Shown here: positions 38,484 to 48,069 of the stretch, in pieces | Layout of the letters: every line of letters starts with the position of its first letter | How positions within the stretch are numbered: position 1 is the first letter of the stretch | Position numbers and translations under genes: made by a program | Assembly: GCA_965214155.1 (NCBI GenBank) | Contig: CBDCBB010000004.1 | Coordinates: 84,248-148,247, forward strand | Direction: 5' to 3' | DNA from: Phycisphaeraceae bacterium | GTDB taxonomy: Bacteria; Planctomycetota; Phycisphaerae; Phycisphaerales; Phycisphaeraceae | Length of the DNA stretch: 64,000 nucleotides | The notes under the pieces: model-generated | Databases searched by the model: none | The model's input: only the letters and a program-made list of their open reading frames with translations | What the model was told of the DNA's origin: nothing

Positions 38484-39941
38484 CTCGACGAACTTCCTCA
38501 TCGATGTCGCAGTCGATCGCCGTCATCTGCGGCTTACGCAGCACATCCCGAATATCGTTCGGCACAGCCACCGCCCCGTCGCCAAGGCGGATCGCCAGGC
38601 AATCTTGTGTCTGGGTAAGCCGCCACGGCTTCAACTCCCGTACCTCGACGTCATCGGGATGTTGCCGATTGTGCTGCTTGAGCCGCTCCGCCGCATGCGG
38701 CTCGCAGCCCAGCACCAGGCGGATGCCCCAACGATCAAGCGGCTCCGCAAGCAGGCCGTTCGTGGCATCGACGTCATTGAGTCGGTCAATGCACAGCGTG
38801 AGCCACAAATCGCCGCGGGCGGGGCCGAGCACCTCCGCATTTCCGGTCTAGCGGATCGTGCCATAGCCTGCTTGCAGCTATCTTAAGGTCCTTGTGCACA
38901 TCGCCACTCGACTCGATGAACACGACCGCGGGAGTGCGGGCGGCGTCGGCCGCTGCCTAGATCCCCCAGGACTTGCTTATGCCGCTCTCGCCGGTCATCG
39001 CCGTCAGCGGGGCTCGAATCGTTGACGCCTCACTTCGCCGCATGTCCCATCCGGGGCGGTAGCCAACCCTATCGAACCGAACCCTTGAACTGTCGCCGCA
39101 TCGCCGCTCCAGCGCCAGGCGGTTGGCGGCCGGAACAGCTTGACTGGAACCGTGCTCCGAGAACAGCTTCTCCGGGGTGATACATGTCTCATTCTCGCCG
39201 CTGCGGTCGATGAGCCAGCCGGTCGTCGCCCGACCCAACTGCGGCACCTTCTCTCTTGCCTCCACGACGGGCAGCGGGGCACGTTCCACCGCCGCCCGCG
39301 CCCGTTTCGGCGACCAGCCGCCGTCGAACTTGAACCGAGCGAGCAGTTGCCACGACGTGTGGACAGCAAGGTCCCACGGGTCCCGACGGTCGGGCCGTCC
39401 CGCCGCCGGGGCCGGCCCGCGGAACTCGTTCACAATGCGATGAAAAACGTCACGCTCGGCCCTACCGCTTTACCCGAGATCGCCGCCGCCCCCCCGAAGG
39501 CCGGCGGCTTGGTTCAATCAAGTGTCTTGAAAGTCCGACCAGTTCCGCCCGTATCGGCTGCCCGCTCCCGAAGGGTCCTAAAGAAGTCTTGCATTGATGC
39601 CATTCCCTCACCCGACCCTCGGAAACGAACTCGTAGATGATCTGCTCATCTGCCAGATCAACCGCCCGTTAGCGGTCGGGCTAATCATCTTCAACCAACT
39701 CTTCGGGTGGCCACGTCTCACCGCACCCTCGGGTCTTCAGCTACACCACACGCCGGCCTGCCGGCATCTCGGATGTCGAATCGCCACCGTGCGGCTCCTG
39801 AACGATCGGCAACTTTGCAGGCGACGTGTCCCCATCATCAACCGTCGAATGTACCCGGGCCTCCGCCGCCTGAACCAGTATGTAGAGAGCCTGAGACCAG
39901 ACATGGCGGTCGCTAGCGGATCCACCGACCGTCGGGGTCAC
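38480..39941 (-). pseudogene. Decayed nuclease-NTPase fusion (QxK-type PD-(D/E)xK domain + P-loop NTPase; Avs/STAND-like)
   Basis: Manual translation: EPHGGD...RRVV*LKT (TAG 39741-43 where Gln is expected), stops at 39681 and 39669, frameshift near 39470-39520, degenerate Walker A GESGISKS, TAG 38957, frameshift near 38845, Walker-B-like LTLCIDRLND; lower GC. Confidence 0.6.
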
Positions 39942-40093
39942 GCGACGGTGCCCAACGTGCTTTTGTCGAACCGGTGCGTCGGGTGCCTTGGGGTTCGATG
40001 CACTACCCGGAAGTTGGAGCCCGCGTGGGTCGTGTCGGGTGGTGGTCGCTTGCCTAACGTCGGATAACTCCAACCCCTCAGGACCCCCTCAAG

Positions 40094-40981
40094 ATGGCCA
40101 GCCCCCAACGCACCGACCCCCGCACGCTGTACGCCAAGCCGCCGTTCGAGAACGTGCAGGAGATGCCGATGCCCGGCACGACGGCGGAGATGGACCCGAC
40201 GCCCAACCACGGCGAGTCGTCCTACACCGGCAACGGCAAGCTGCAGGGGTGCGTCGCCCTCATCACCGGGGGGGACAGCGGCATCGGCCGGGCGGTGGCG
40301 CTGGCGTATGCGCGGGAGGGGGCGAACGTGGTGATCAACTACCTCAGCGAGTCCGACGACGCCGCGGCGAGCAAGAAGGCCGCCGAGGAGGCGGGAGTCG
40401 AGGTGCTGGCGGTCGAGGGCGACCTGCAGGACGAGGCGTTTTGCAAGTCGCTCGTCGAGCAGACGATCAGCAAGTTCGGCCGGCTGGACATCCTGGTCAA
40501 CAACGCCGCGTACCAGGTCGTGGAGCAGACGATCGAGGACATGGACACGGCGACGTTCGACCGCATCTTCAAGACCAACGTGTACGCCCCGTTCTGGCTG
40601 AGCAAGGCGGCGCTGCCGAAGATGGAGAAGGGCGGGGCGATCATCAACACCGCGTCGATCCAGGGCTACGACCCGACGCCGGTGCTGCTGCCGTACGCGA
40701 TCACCAAGTCGGCGTTGCTCGGGTTCACCAAGGCGCTGGCGGGGCTGGCGATCGAGAACGGCGTCCGCGTCAATGCCGTCGCACCCGGGCCGGTGTGGAC
40801 CCCGCTCATCCCCGGGTCGATGCCCATCGAGAAAGCGAAGAAGTTCGGCCAAAGCACCGCCTTCGAGCGGCCCGCTCAGCCCGCGGAGCTCGCCCCGCTG
40901 TACGTCTGGCTCGCCTCGCCCGAGGCCAGCTACGTCACCGGCGAGGTCTACGGCGCGACCGGCGGCAAGACGCCGGTGTGA
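40094..40981 (+). CDS. SDR oxidoreductase (YghA/general-stress-protein-39 type)
   Basis: MDPTPNHGESSYTGNGKL, TGGDSGIGRAVA, YAITK, VAPGPVWTPL. Confidence 0.92.
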   Translation: MASPQRTDPRTLYAKPPFENVQEMPMPGTTAEMDPTPNHGESSYTGNGKLQGCVALITGGDSGIGRAVALAYAREGANVVINYLSESDDAAASKKAAEEAGVEVLAVEGDLQDEAFCKSLVEQTISKFGRLDILVNNAAYQVVEQTIEDMDTATFDRIFKTNVYAPFWLSKAALPKMEKGGAIINTASIQGYDPTPVLLPYAITKSALLGFTKALAGLAIENGVRVNAVAPGPVWTPLIPGSMPIEKAKKFGQSTAFERPAQPAELAPLYVWLASPEASYVTGEVYGATGGKTPV

Positions 40982-40990
40982 CGGGGCGGG

Positions 40991-41893
40991 TCACTCCCCC
41001 GCCGCGCCCGCCCCCGGAATCACCGCTTCCGGAGTTGCCGCTTCCAGAGTTGCCGCAGCTGACTGCATCGCCCGCCGCTCCGCAACGGCGCGGAATATGG
41101 CCAAATGCTCCCGCGACAGCGGGAGTGCCGTGCCGTTGATAAGAACGATTGCGGCATCGGCGTGAGTTATCTTCAACGCTGCTGCGTCGTCTATCAGAAC
41201 CGTCAGCTCATCGTCGTAGCGCGTGCTGCCCAACCGGGAGCCGGGCGGGGGCGGGTACGTCGCAACCGTTTCGTAACCAGTCACCGGCAGGCTCAACGTG
41301 TCTCGCCCGTCCAGGGTCAGCTCGACCGTGCCGACCCCGCGGTACGGCCGGCTCCGGCTGCGATACATCTTCACCACCATCCGCACCGGGCCGGGCCCCG
41401 CCGCACCGCCCGCCCCTTCCGAACCGCCGCCCATGCTCTCGTCGTACCCGAACGACACCGCGTGCGGCGTCGCCAAGTTGAACCCCTCAAAATCCACCGG
41501 CACCGGGCGGCTCCAAACCGTCACCCGTTCCGTCGCCCGATCCCGCACCGCCCTGATCCGCGCCGCCTCCGCCGCGGCCGCGTCGTCCATCGGCGTCAAC
41601 CCCGCCAGCCGCTCCAGCCGCCGGTTCCGCTTCCGCAACGCCGCCACCTCGTCTTCTGCTTCCCCCGGCTCACCGCCCCACGCCATCGCCGGTCCATCCG
41701 CTGACGGCCCCTCCGCCAGTTCGACCGGCAACCCCGCCTCCGCCAGCCGCGCCTCGAGCGCCGCCACCCTCCCCCGCAGCCGCGCGTTGTCCGCCCGCAG
41801 CTCCGCCGCCGTGCCACCCCCGCTCGATGCACACCCCGTGACCAGCGGAAACACCAGCAACCCCGCAACCAAACCGCAGCACCTCACACGCAT
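40991..41893 (-). CDS. Hypothetical lipoprotein with coiled coil
   Basis: MRVRCCGLVAGLLVFPLVTGC lipobox; ELRADNARLRGRVAALEARL heptads. Confidence 0.65.
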   Translation of the reverse strand: MRVRCCGLVAGLLVFPLVTGCASSGGGTAAELRADNARLRGRVAALEARLAEAGLPVELAEGPSADGPAMAWGGEPGEAEDEVAALRKRNRRLERLAGLTPMDDAAAAEAARIRAVRDRATERVTVWSRPVPVDFEGFNLATPHAVSFGYDESMGGGSEGAGGAAGPGPVRMVVKMYRSRSRPYRGVGTVELTLDGRDTLSLPVTGYETVATYPPPPGSRLGSTRYDDELTVLIDDAAALKITHADAAIVLINGTALPLSREHLAIFRAVAERRAMQSAAATLEAATPEAVIPGAGAAGE

Positions 41894-41930
41894 CGGCGGA
41901 CTGTACCCGCAAACCGCCCCCGGCCCCCCC

Positions 41931-41956
41931 TTAGCCCGGCCGCTTGCGGCCGCAGT
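41931..41956. repeat. Single arm of REP family A
   Basis: TTAGCCCGGCCGCTTGCGGCCGCAGT, near-identical to arms at 43275 and 63161. Confidence 0.8.
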
Positions 41957-42007
41957 ACGTTTCACTGGCATTGCCACCTTCACCCGAAAACAAACCGCAC
42001 GCAATAC

Positions 42008-42035
42008 TTGACACGTCCCGAACATCTACTATACT
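42008..42035 (+). promoter_or_regulatory. Sigma70 promoter of recA
   Basis: TTGACA 42008-42013, 16 nt, TATACT 42030-42035. Confidence 0.75.
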
Positions 42036-42098
42036 CAGCGGACTCTAAAACGCCACGACGCCAACCCGCGCACGCCAACCCGCCGCCGGAGCCTTACC

Positions 42099-43253
42099 AT
42101 GGTCAGCGCCCTCGACACCCCGGTCAACGGGAAACCCAACGCCCTCAACGGCAGCCCCAAGCGAAAGCCCCTCATGGCCAAGTCCGCCACCACCAGCCGC
42201 ACCGCCGACCCCGACGCCAACCGCACCAAGGCCCTCGACCAGGCCCTCGTCCAGATCGAGCGGGCCTACGGCAAGGGGTCGATCATGCGCCTCGACGACG
42301 ACCCGTCGAACCTGCCCGAGGGCATCGGCACCGGGTCCATCTCCCTCGACCTCGCCCTCGGCGGACGCGGCATCCCCCGCGGACGCATCATCGAGGTGTT
42401 TGGCCCCGAGTCCTCCGGCAAGACCACCCTCACCCTCCACGCCATCGCCTCGGTTCAGAAAGACGGCGGCGTCGCCGCGTTCATCGACGCCGAGCACGCC
42501 CTGGACCCCTCCTGGGCCCGCCGCCTCGGCGTCAACCTCGAAGAGCTGCTCGTCTCCCAGCCCGACACCGGCGAGCAGGGCCTCGAAATCTGCGAGCTGC
42601 TCGTCCGGTCCAACGCGGTGGACCTCATCGTCGTCGACTCGGTGGCCGCCCTCATCCCCCGCGCCGAGATCGAGGGCGAGATGGGCGACACCCACGTCGG
42701 CCTGCAGGCCCGGCTCATGTCCCAGGCCATGCGCAAGCTCACCGGCGCCATCAGCCGGTCCAAGACCACCGTCATCTTCATCAACCAGATCCGCGAGAAG
42801 ATCGGCGTGATGTTCGGCAACCCCGAGACTACCCCCGGCGGCCGGGCCCTGAAGTTCTACGCCTCGGTCCGCATCGACATCCGACGCACCGCCACCATCA
42901 AGGAGGGCGACAAGTCCGTCGGCAACCGCACCCGTGCCCGGGTGGTCAAGAACAAGATCGCCCCGCCCTTCCGCCAGGCGGAGTTCGACATCATGTTCGA
43001 CGAGGGCATCAGCGCCAGCGGCGACCTGATCGACCTCGCCGTGGAGGAGGAGGTCGTGCAGAAGAGCGGCGCGTGGTTCAGCTTCGGCGAGACCCGCCTC
43101 GGTCAGGGCCGCGAGAACGCCAAGCAGTTCATCCGCGAGAACCCCGACCTCTTCACCGAAATCCGCAAGCTCGTCCTCGACGCCAAGGGCGTCTCGGGCA
43201 AGGCCCCGCCCTCGGTCGACCCCGACGAGGCCACGCCCGACGATGGCGACTAA
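42099..43253 (+). CDS. recA: Recombinase A
   Basis: [42 protein letters not shown]. Confidence 0.99.
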   Translation: MVSALDTPVNGKPNALNGSPKRKPLMAKSATTSRTADPDANRTKALDQALVQIERAYGKGSIMRLDDDPSNLPEGIGTGSISLDLALGGRGIPRGRIIEVFGPESSGKTTLTLHAIASVQKDGGVAAFIDAEHALDPSWARRLGVNLEELLVSQPDTGEQGLEICELLVRSNAVDLIVVDSVAALIPRAEIEGEMGDTHVGLQARLMSQAMRKLTGAISRSKTTVIFINQIREKIGVMFGNPETTPGGRALKFYASVRIDIRRTATIKEGDKSVGNRTRARVVKNKIAPPFRQAEFDIMFDEGISASGDLIDLAVEEEVVQKSGAWFSFGETRLGQGRENAKQFIRENPDLFTEIRKLVLDAKGVSGKAPPSVDPDEATPDDGD

Positions 43254-43274
43254 GCGGAGCCTAACTCTCCTGCC

Positions 43275-43346
43275 TAGCCCGGTCGCTTGCGGCCGCAGTG
43301 CTCGGTCCGGTTACGGACCGACTGCGGCCGCAAGCGGCCGGGCTTA
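43275..43346. repeat. REPIN-like doublet, family A
   Basis: TAGCCCGGTCGCTTGCGGCCGCAGT...ACTGCGGCCGCAAGCGGCCGGGCTTA with an inner CGGTCCG/CGGACCG hairpin. Confidence 0.85.
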
Positions 43347-43393
43347 GGCTTGACGTCCCGATCCGGAATGCAGGAGCGGGCCGTGCGTCGCCG

Positions 43394-43660
43394 ATGAGAC
43401 GGGCGATGCGCGGCCCCGACTACATCGTAGACATCGACGGCGTCCAACCGCCGACACCGTCCGGGAAGCCACCCCTGGGTCAGACGATGACCGGCCGCCC
43501 GTGGATCGCGATCAAGTGGCGCTGCTGCGGGGCGTACAGCCGGGTGTACCGCAACCGTGCGGGCACCGCCTACGAGGGGCGCTGCCCCCGCTGCGGCACC
43601 GCGACCCGCGCCACCATCGGCGCCGGCGGCACCAACGCCCGCTTCTTCGAGGCGGGGTGA
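43394..43660 (+). CDS. Small zinc-ribbon protein (CC...CxxC), planctomycete-type conserved hypothetical
   Basis: RPWIAIKWRCCGAYSRVYRN...YEGRCPRCG...GTNARFFEA. Confidence 0.75.
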   Translation: MRRAMRGPDYIVDIDGVQPPTPSGKPPLGQTMTGRPWIAIKWRCCGAYSRVYRNRAGTAYEGRCPRCGTATRATIGAGGTNARFFEAG

Positions 43661-43692
43661 TCACGTCACTTGACCAACGCCGCCCCCTCTTC

Positions 43693-43765
43693 TTAGCCCG
43701 GCCGCTTGTGTCCGCCGTCGCTTCACGCACCCCCGAGACACTGCGGCCCCAAGCGGCCGGGCTAA
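43693..43765. repeat. Degenerate REPIN-like doublet, family A
   Basis: TTAGCCCGGCCGCTTG...CAAGCGGCCGGGCTAA. Confidence 0.8.
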
Positions 43766-43789
43766 GGGTGTCGGGCTCGGCGGTTATCT

Positions 43790-43869
43790 AGAGCGAATAA
43801 TCTGAACTTTCTCCAGTAGCCGCGTTGCTACGCAACGCGGCTATGGCGGAGAACTTCAGCATTCGCTCT
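43790..43869. repeat. Long imperfect hairpin with GTAG-footed REP core
   Basis: Core TAGCCGCGTTGC-TAC-GCAACGCGGCTA (43817-43843) inside outer arms AGAGCGAAT/ATTCGCTCT. Confidence 0.7.
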
Positions 43870-43882
43870 CGTGTTGTCGTCG

Positions 43883-44524
43883 TTACTCGACCGTCCGCCC
43901 GAAGAGCCGGCCGAAGACCTCCATCGGGCCGATGCGGTTGATCTCGGCCTTCGCCTCGGCGACGGGGTCGAACTCGCTGACCTCCGGAGCGCGGATCAGC
44001 TCGACCTCGACCTCGTCGGGCACCTTGCCCAGGGACAGCGACCCGTCGCCCGAGACGGTGATGATCCACCGGCCGTCGGACAGTTGGCGGTACGCCGCCT
44101 TGCCGCTTTTCACGGCCGGGTCGTTCCAGTCGATGTTGATCAGGTCCGAATCGATGACGGTCCCGTCGTCGGGCTTGGTCTGCGAGTCGAACACGCGGCG
44201 GATGAGCAGCCGGCCGTCGACCAGGACATAGTCGACGTAGATCGGGTAGTCGAGGTTCGCCCGCACCGGGTGCGACTCGACGCGGCCGTCGGCGGTGCGG
44301 ACGTTGACGGTCACGTCGGGCCGGGCGACGACCAGCTCGGTCACGGCGGTGCGGGTGACGGCCTTGTTGTACTCGCCGAGGACCTGGGTGTGCTCCTGCT
44401 GGAGCTCCTCGAGCTGCTCGAGGTACACGTCCGCGGCGAAGTGGCTCTGCAGGAACCGGTAGCCAAGCGTCCCGACCCCGGCGACGAGGGCGAGCATGAG
44501 GATGAGGCCGAGTAGACGGGTCAT
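43883..44524 (-). CDS. Hypothetical membrane-anchored protein
   Basis: ATG 44524; N-terminal TM, short coiled coil, beta-rich remainder; GC3-biased. Confidence 0.75.
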   Translation of the reverse strand: MTRLLGLILMLALVAGVGTLGYRFLQSHFAADVYLEQLEELQQEHTQVLGEYNKAVTRTAVTELVVARPDVTVNVRTADGRVESHPVRANLDYPIYVDYVLVDGRLLIRRVFDSQTKPDDGTVIDSDLINIDWNDPAVKSGKAAYRQLSDGRWIITVSGDGSLSLGKVPDEVEVELIRAPEVSEFDPVAEAKAEINRIGPMEVFGRLFGRTVE

Positions 44525-44540
44525 GGGGCGGGTGGGTGTT

Positions 44541-44591
44541 GGGGGCTTCGGAGTCGGGGGCTTGGGGGCTTGGGGGCTTAGGGGCTTAGGG
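44541..44591. repeat. Octamer tandem repeat (GGGGGCTT/AGGGGCTT)
   Basis: About five imperfect units, intergenic. Confidence 0.75.
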
Positions 44592-44761
44592 ATCAGACTC
44601 AGTTGGTTTTGCCGGAACGTCGTACCCAAACCGTAGGACGCTGGCGCGTCAACCGGTGCGCGTTGCGGAGCGTGGCGATGAACACACTGCTCCCCGGTGT
44701 TATCGGCCCGCCGGGCCGTCGCCCTGCACGATCACGCGGCACCATCCCGTACCATCCCGCC

Positions 44762-45322
44762 ATGCGACCCCTGCAGCGGCCGTCGGGCCGCACCCTCATC
44801 CTGATTGCCGCCGTGGTGGCGGTGCTGCTCCTGGCCGTGCACACGGCCCCGCGCCTTGCGCGGCGGGCCCACCACGAGGTCAAGAAGGACCGGGTGCAGG
44901 ACTACGAGACGCTGATCGTCGAGAACGCCGACGGCTCGCGGCTGCCGGTGGACCTGGTCCGGGCGATCGTATTGGCCGAGAGCGGCGGGCACGCCGCAGC
45001 GCGGTCGCACAAAGGCGCGGTCGGGCTCATGCAGATCACCCCGATCACCCTCAAGGAGGTCCGCCGCCAGGACCCCGGCCTGCCCGCCGGCGACCTGACC
45101 GACCCGGCGTACAACCTCCGCGTCGGCACCGCCTACGTCGCCTACCTGCTCGACCGCTTCGACGGCGACCTCACGCTGACCCTCGCCGCGTACCACATGG
45201 GCCCGACCGCGGTCCGACGCCTGCAGCAGAAGCACGCCCGGCTCACGCCCGACGAGCTGATCGCCCGCCACGCCGGGCCGCAGACGAGGGCGTACGTCCG
45301 CAAGGTGCTCGGCGAATTGTGA
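44762..45322 (+). CDS. Lytic transglycosylase (SLT domain)
   Basis: AIVLAESGG, GAVGLMQITP, LAAYHMG; N-terminal TM. Confidence 0.92.
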   Translation: MRPLQRPSGRTLILIAAVVAVLLLAVHTAPRLARRAHHEVKKDRVQDYETLIVENADGSRLPVDLVRAIVLAESGGHAAARSHKGAVGLMQITPITLKEVRRQDPGLPAGDLTDPAYNLRVGTAYVAYLLDRFDGDLTLTLAAYHMGPTAVRRLQQKHARLTPDELIARHAGPQTRAYVRKVLGEL

Positions 45323-46254
45323 CGCTCGGCTACGATGCGGCCGTGCGTGAGAACGACCTGTTGCAACACGTCTACGCCGCGAACGCGGCGTTGCCCGCGG
45401 GGGTGACGATCCCGCCGGGCGACGACATGGGGGCGCTGCGGCTTCGCGAAGGGTCGGGCGACACGGTGCTGGTCACGGTCGACCAACTGGCGGACGGGGT
45501 GCACGTCGACCTCGCCACCGCGAGCCTGCAGCAGGTCGGGCGGAAGGCGATCACGCGGAACCTGTCGGACGTCGCGGCGATGGCGGCGCGGCCGGTCGGG
45601 GCGGTGGTGGCGGCGAGCCTGCCGCGGGGCTTCGGGCACGGCCGGGCGGCGACGTTGTTCGACGCGATGCGGGACACGGCCGCGGCGTACGCCTGCCCGC
45701 TGGTCGGCGGTGATATCAGCATCTGGGACGGCCGGCTGCTCCTGACGGTGACGGTGCTGGCCGAGCCGTGGCCGGGCGTCGAGCCGGTGCGAAGGGGCAC
45801 GGCGAGCGTCGGCGACGCGGTCTACGTGTCGGGTGAGCTGGGCTACTCGCCGGCGGGGCACCACCTCGACTTCGAGCCGCGGCTGGCGCTGGCCCGCGCC
45901 CTCGCCGGGTTAAAGGGGGCGCGGCCGACGGCAATGATGGACCTGTCGGACGGCCTGGCGATGGACCTGCCGCGGATGATGGGACACGCGGAGGTCGAGG
46001 CGGCGCTGCTGCCGATCCGCGACCACGCCGGCGGTGGGGGTAAGGCGCTTGCGGAGTGGCGTCACGCGGTCTCCGACGGCGAGGACTACGAATTGCTGTT
46101 CACCGTGGCCCCCGGTTCGGCGGTGCCCCCGACCCTGGAGGGCGTCCGGCTCACCCGCGTCGGCACCGTCACCAACGCCGGCGGCGTCGTGCTCGTGCAC
46201 CCCGACGGCACGCGCACCGACCTCGCCGGGCTGGGCTGGGAGCACGGGGCGTGA
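45319..46254 (+). CDS. thiL: Thiamine-monophosphate kinase
   Basis: GDDMG, NLSDVAAM, LVGGDIS, DLSDGL, DGEDYELLFT. Confidence 0.92.
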   Translation: MTLGYDAAVRENDLLQHVYAANAALPAGVTIPPGDDMGALRLREGSGDTVLVTVDQLADGVHVDLATASLQQVGRKAITRNLSDVAAMAARPVGAVVAASLPRGFGHGRAATLFDAMRDTAAAYACPLVGGDISIWDGRLLLTVTVLAEPWPGVEPVRRGTASVGDAVYVSGELGYSPAGHHLDFEPRLALARALAGLKGARPTAMMDLSDGLAMDLPRMMGHAEVEAALLPIRDHAGGGGKALAEWRHAVSDGEDYELLFTVAPGSAVPPTLEGVRLTRVGTVTNAGGVVLVHPDGTRTDLAGLGWEHGA

Positions 46255-46727
46255 TCGAGGTCCTGTCGCACGACCCGTCGCAGACCGTCGACCTCGGCCG
46301 ACGCCTCGGCGAGCTTGCCCGGCCGGGCGACGTCATCACCCTCGACGGCGAGCTGGGCGTGGGCAAGACCCAGCTCGTGCGGGGCCTGGCGGCGGGGATG
46401 GGCCTCGACCCCGCGGCGGTGTCGAGCCCGACGTACGTGCTGATGCACGAGTACACCCCGGAACCCCCCGACGAGCCGACGCGCCCCGTGCTGGTGCACA
46501 TCGACGCGTACCGCCTCACCGGGCCGGACGATTTAGCGTCGCTGGGCTACGACGATGAGCTGACGGCGGCCGCGGTGACCGCCGTGGAGTGGGCCGACCG
46601 CGTGGCGGACCTGCTGGGCCCGGACCGGTTGGCGGTGACGCTGGAGCACGCGGGGCCGACGTCGCGGCGGGTGACGCTGACGCCGTTCGGGGAATGGGTT
46701 GAGCGGGTCGCGGGGATGGGGTGGTGA
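46251..46727 (+). CDS. tsaE: tRNA threonylcarbamoyladenosine biosynthesis ATPase
   Basis: GELGVGKT, VSSPTYVL, HIDAYRL, VEWADR. Confidence 0.95.
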   Translation: MIEVLSHDPSQTVDLGRRLGELARPGDVITLDGELGVGKTQLVRGLAAGMGLDPAAVSSPTYVLMHEYTPEPPDEPTRPVLVHIDAYRLTGPDDLASLGYDDELTAAAVTAVEWADRVADLLGPDRLAVTLEHAGPTSRRVTLTPFGEWVERVAGMGW

Positions 46728-46748
46728 CGGGATTTTGGTTTGAACGGC

Positions 46749-46775
46749 AGCGCGGCGGAGCCGCGTCGTTTCGTG
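46749..46775. repeat. Single arm of REP family D
   Basis: AGCGCGGCGGAGCCGCGTCGTTTCGTG, matches the arm at 55512. Confidence 0.65.
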
Positions 46776-46803
46776 GGGGTGGGGGGTACTACGATTGTTT
46801 GTG

Positions 46804-46995
46804 ATGCCCGACCGCCCTGCACGTCCCGCCGCTTTCGCTCCCTGCCCCGTCTGCCGCAAGCCCGCCGCACGCGACGACGCCGCGTTCCCATTCTGCTCCG
46901 ACCGGTGCAAGAACATCGACCTCGGCCGCTGGCTCGACGAGTCGTACCGCGTCAGCCGGCCGATCGAACAGTCGGATATCGATGAAGAAGTGTGA
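46804..46995 (+). CDS. yacG: DNA gyrase inhibitor YacG
   Basis: CPVC...FPFCSDRCKNIDLGRWLDESYRV. Confidence 0.93.
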   Translation: MPDRPARPAAFAPCPVCRKPAARDDAAFPFCSDRCKNIDLGRWLDESYRVSRPIEQSDIDEEV

Positions 46996-46999
46996 GGCG

Positions 47000-47078
47000 G
47001 ATGACGAGGCACGGATGCCGAATGAAGAAAGTGACGCAGCATCTTCGTCATTCTTTCTTCGGGTTTCGTCATTCTTGA
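47000..47078. repeat. AATGACG/CGTCATT-type simple-repeat inverted element
   Basis: GATGACGAGGC...TTCGTCATTC twice; related to 56281-56519; supplies the Fur-family stop codon. Confidence 0.6.
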
Positions 47079-47602
47079 TCCGCCGCCTCCGCCTGCTCGA
47101 CCGCCCTCGCTTCGGGGGAGATGCCGTAGATGACGAAGCGGTGGCTGACGGGGTCGAAGCCGTGCTCGGCGCAGACGCGTTGCATGAGTTCGTCGAGCTC
47201 GGCGGTGGGGAACGGGACGATGCGGTGGGTCTCGACGCAGACGAGGTGGCCGCGGGGGGCGCGGCCGAAGCTGAGTTGGTAGTGCGCCTTGCCCGCCTCG
47301 ATGAGCACCTCGCGGAGGATGCCCGCCTCGAGCAGGTGTTTCAGGGTGCGGTAGATGGTGGCCTTGCTCACCGGGCGGCGGACGGCCCCGCGCATCTTCA
47401 TGATGAGCTCGTCCGCCTCGAATACGCCCTCCTCGGCGAGGACCGCGTCGAGGATCAGGGCCCTTTCGGTGGTGAACTTGAGGCCCTGCCGCTTGAGGAA
47501 GCGGCGGAAGATCGCGCACAGGGGCGTGATGAGCTGGTCGTCGGCGGGGGAGTTGGGCGCGGCGGGGACGTGTGGGGCGGGCGGTGAGCCGGGGGCGGGC
47601 AT
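47069..47602 (-). CDS. Fur family transcriptional regulator
   Basis: TTERALIL, VSKATIYRTLKHL, GHLVCVETHRI, HRFVIYG. Confidence 0.92.
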   Translation of the reverse strand: MPAPGSPPAPHVPAAPNSPADDQLITPLCAIFRRFLKRQGLKFTTERALILDAVLAEEGVFEADELIMKMRGAVRRPVSKATIYRTLKHLLEAGILREVLIEAGKAHYQLSFGRAPRGHLVCVETHRIVPFPTAELDELMQRVCAEHGFDPVSHRFVIYGISPEARAVEQAEAADQE

Positions 47603-47665
47603 GGGATTAGTTTACGCCGCGTCGCACCGCCGCGGGGCCGGACCGGGGGGCCGGGGCACCGGCCG

Positions 47666-47947
47666 TCACCCGCTCCACCCGTCGGGCCCGGCCCGCCGCG
47701 CCGGCGGGGGGTCGGCCAGCGACACGCCCCGCACGTCCGCCCCGCGGGCCGCGGGCCGGTCCGCCGCGGCGCGGACCTCCACCGCGTCCTCGGGCGGCGG
47801 GGCCAGCGTCGGCGGCACGGCGGCGAGCGCCGCCCGCACCCGCTTGTGCGTCGTCCCGCAGCCCGTGATCGTGCACAGCCACACCACCACCATCGCCCCG
47901 ATCAGCCACCTAGCCGCCCGCCGGTCCAGCTGCCGCTCGCTCGTCAT
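47666..47947 (-). CDS. Small hypothetical lipoprotein-like protein
   Basis: Hydrophobic segment ending ITGC; low-complexity tail. Confidence 0.45.
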   Translation of the reverse strand: MTSERQLDRRAARWLIGAMVVVWLCTITGCGTTHKRVRAALAAVPPTLAPPPEDAVEVRAAADRPAARGADVRGVSLADPPPARRAGPDGWSG

Positions 47948-48069
47948 CGCGTCGCACTCCCTGGGGATGACCCGCCGATCCCGCGGCAACCGTGCCGCGG
48001 CTGCGGAGGTATCGGCCCGGCGGGCGGCGGAGCGTGAGGGGGCGATGGAGCGTTATCGGAAGCGGGGGC

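Noticed and set aside
38434-39433. ORFs 38434-38832 and 38957-39433 as independent genes
   Set aside because: Better explained as pieces of one disrupted nuclease-NTPase gene
42011-42030. Possible LexA/SOS box in the recA promoter (CGAAC half-site)
   Set aside because: No matching second half for GAAC-N4-GTTC, TGTTC-N4-GAACA or GAAC-N7-GAAC
43790-43869. tRNA-sized structured region
   Set aside because: A single long stem with no cloverleaf or T-loop motif
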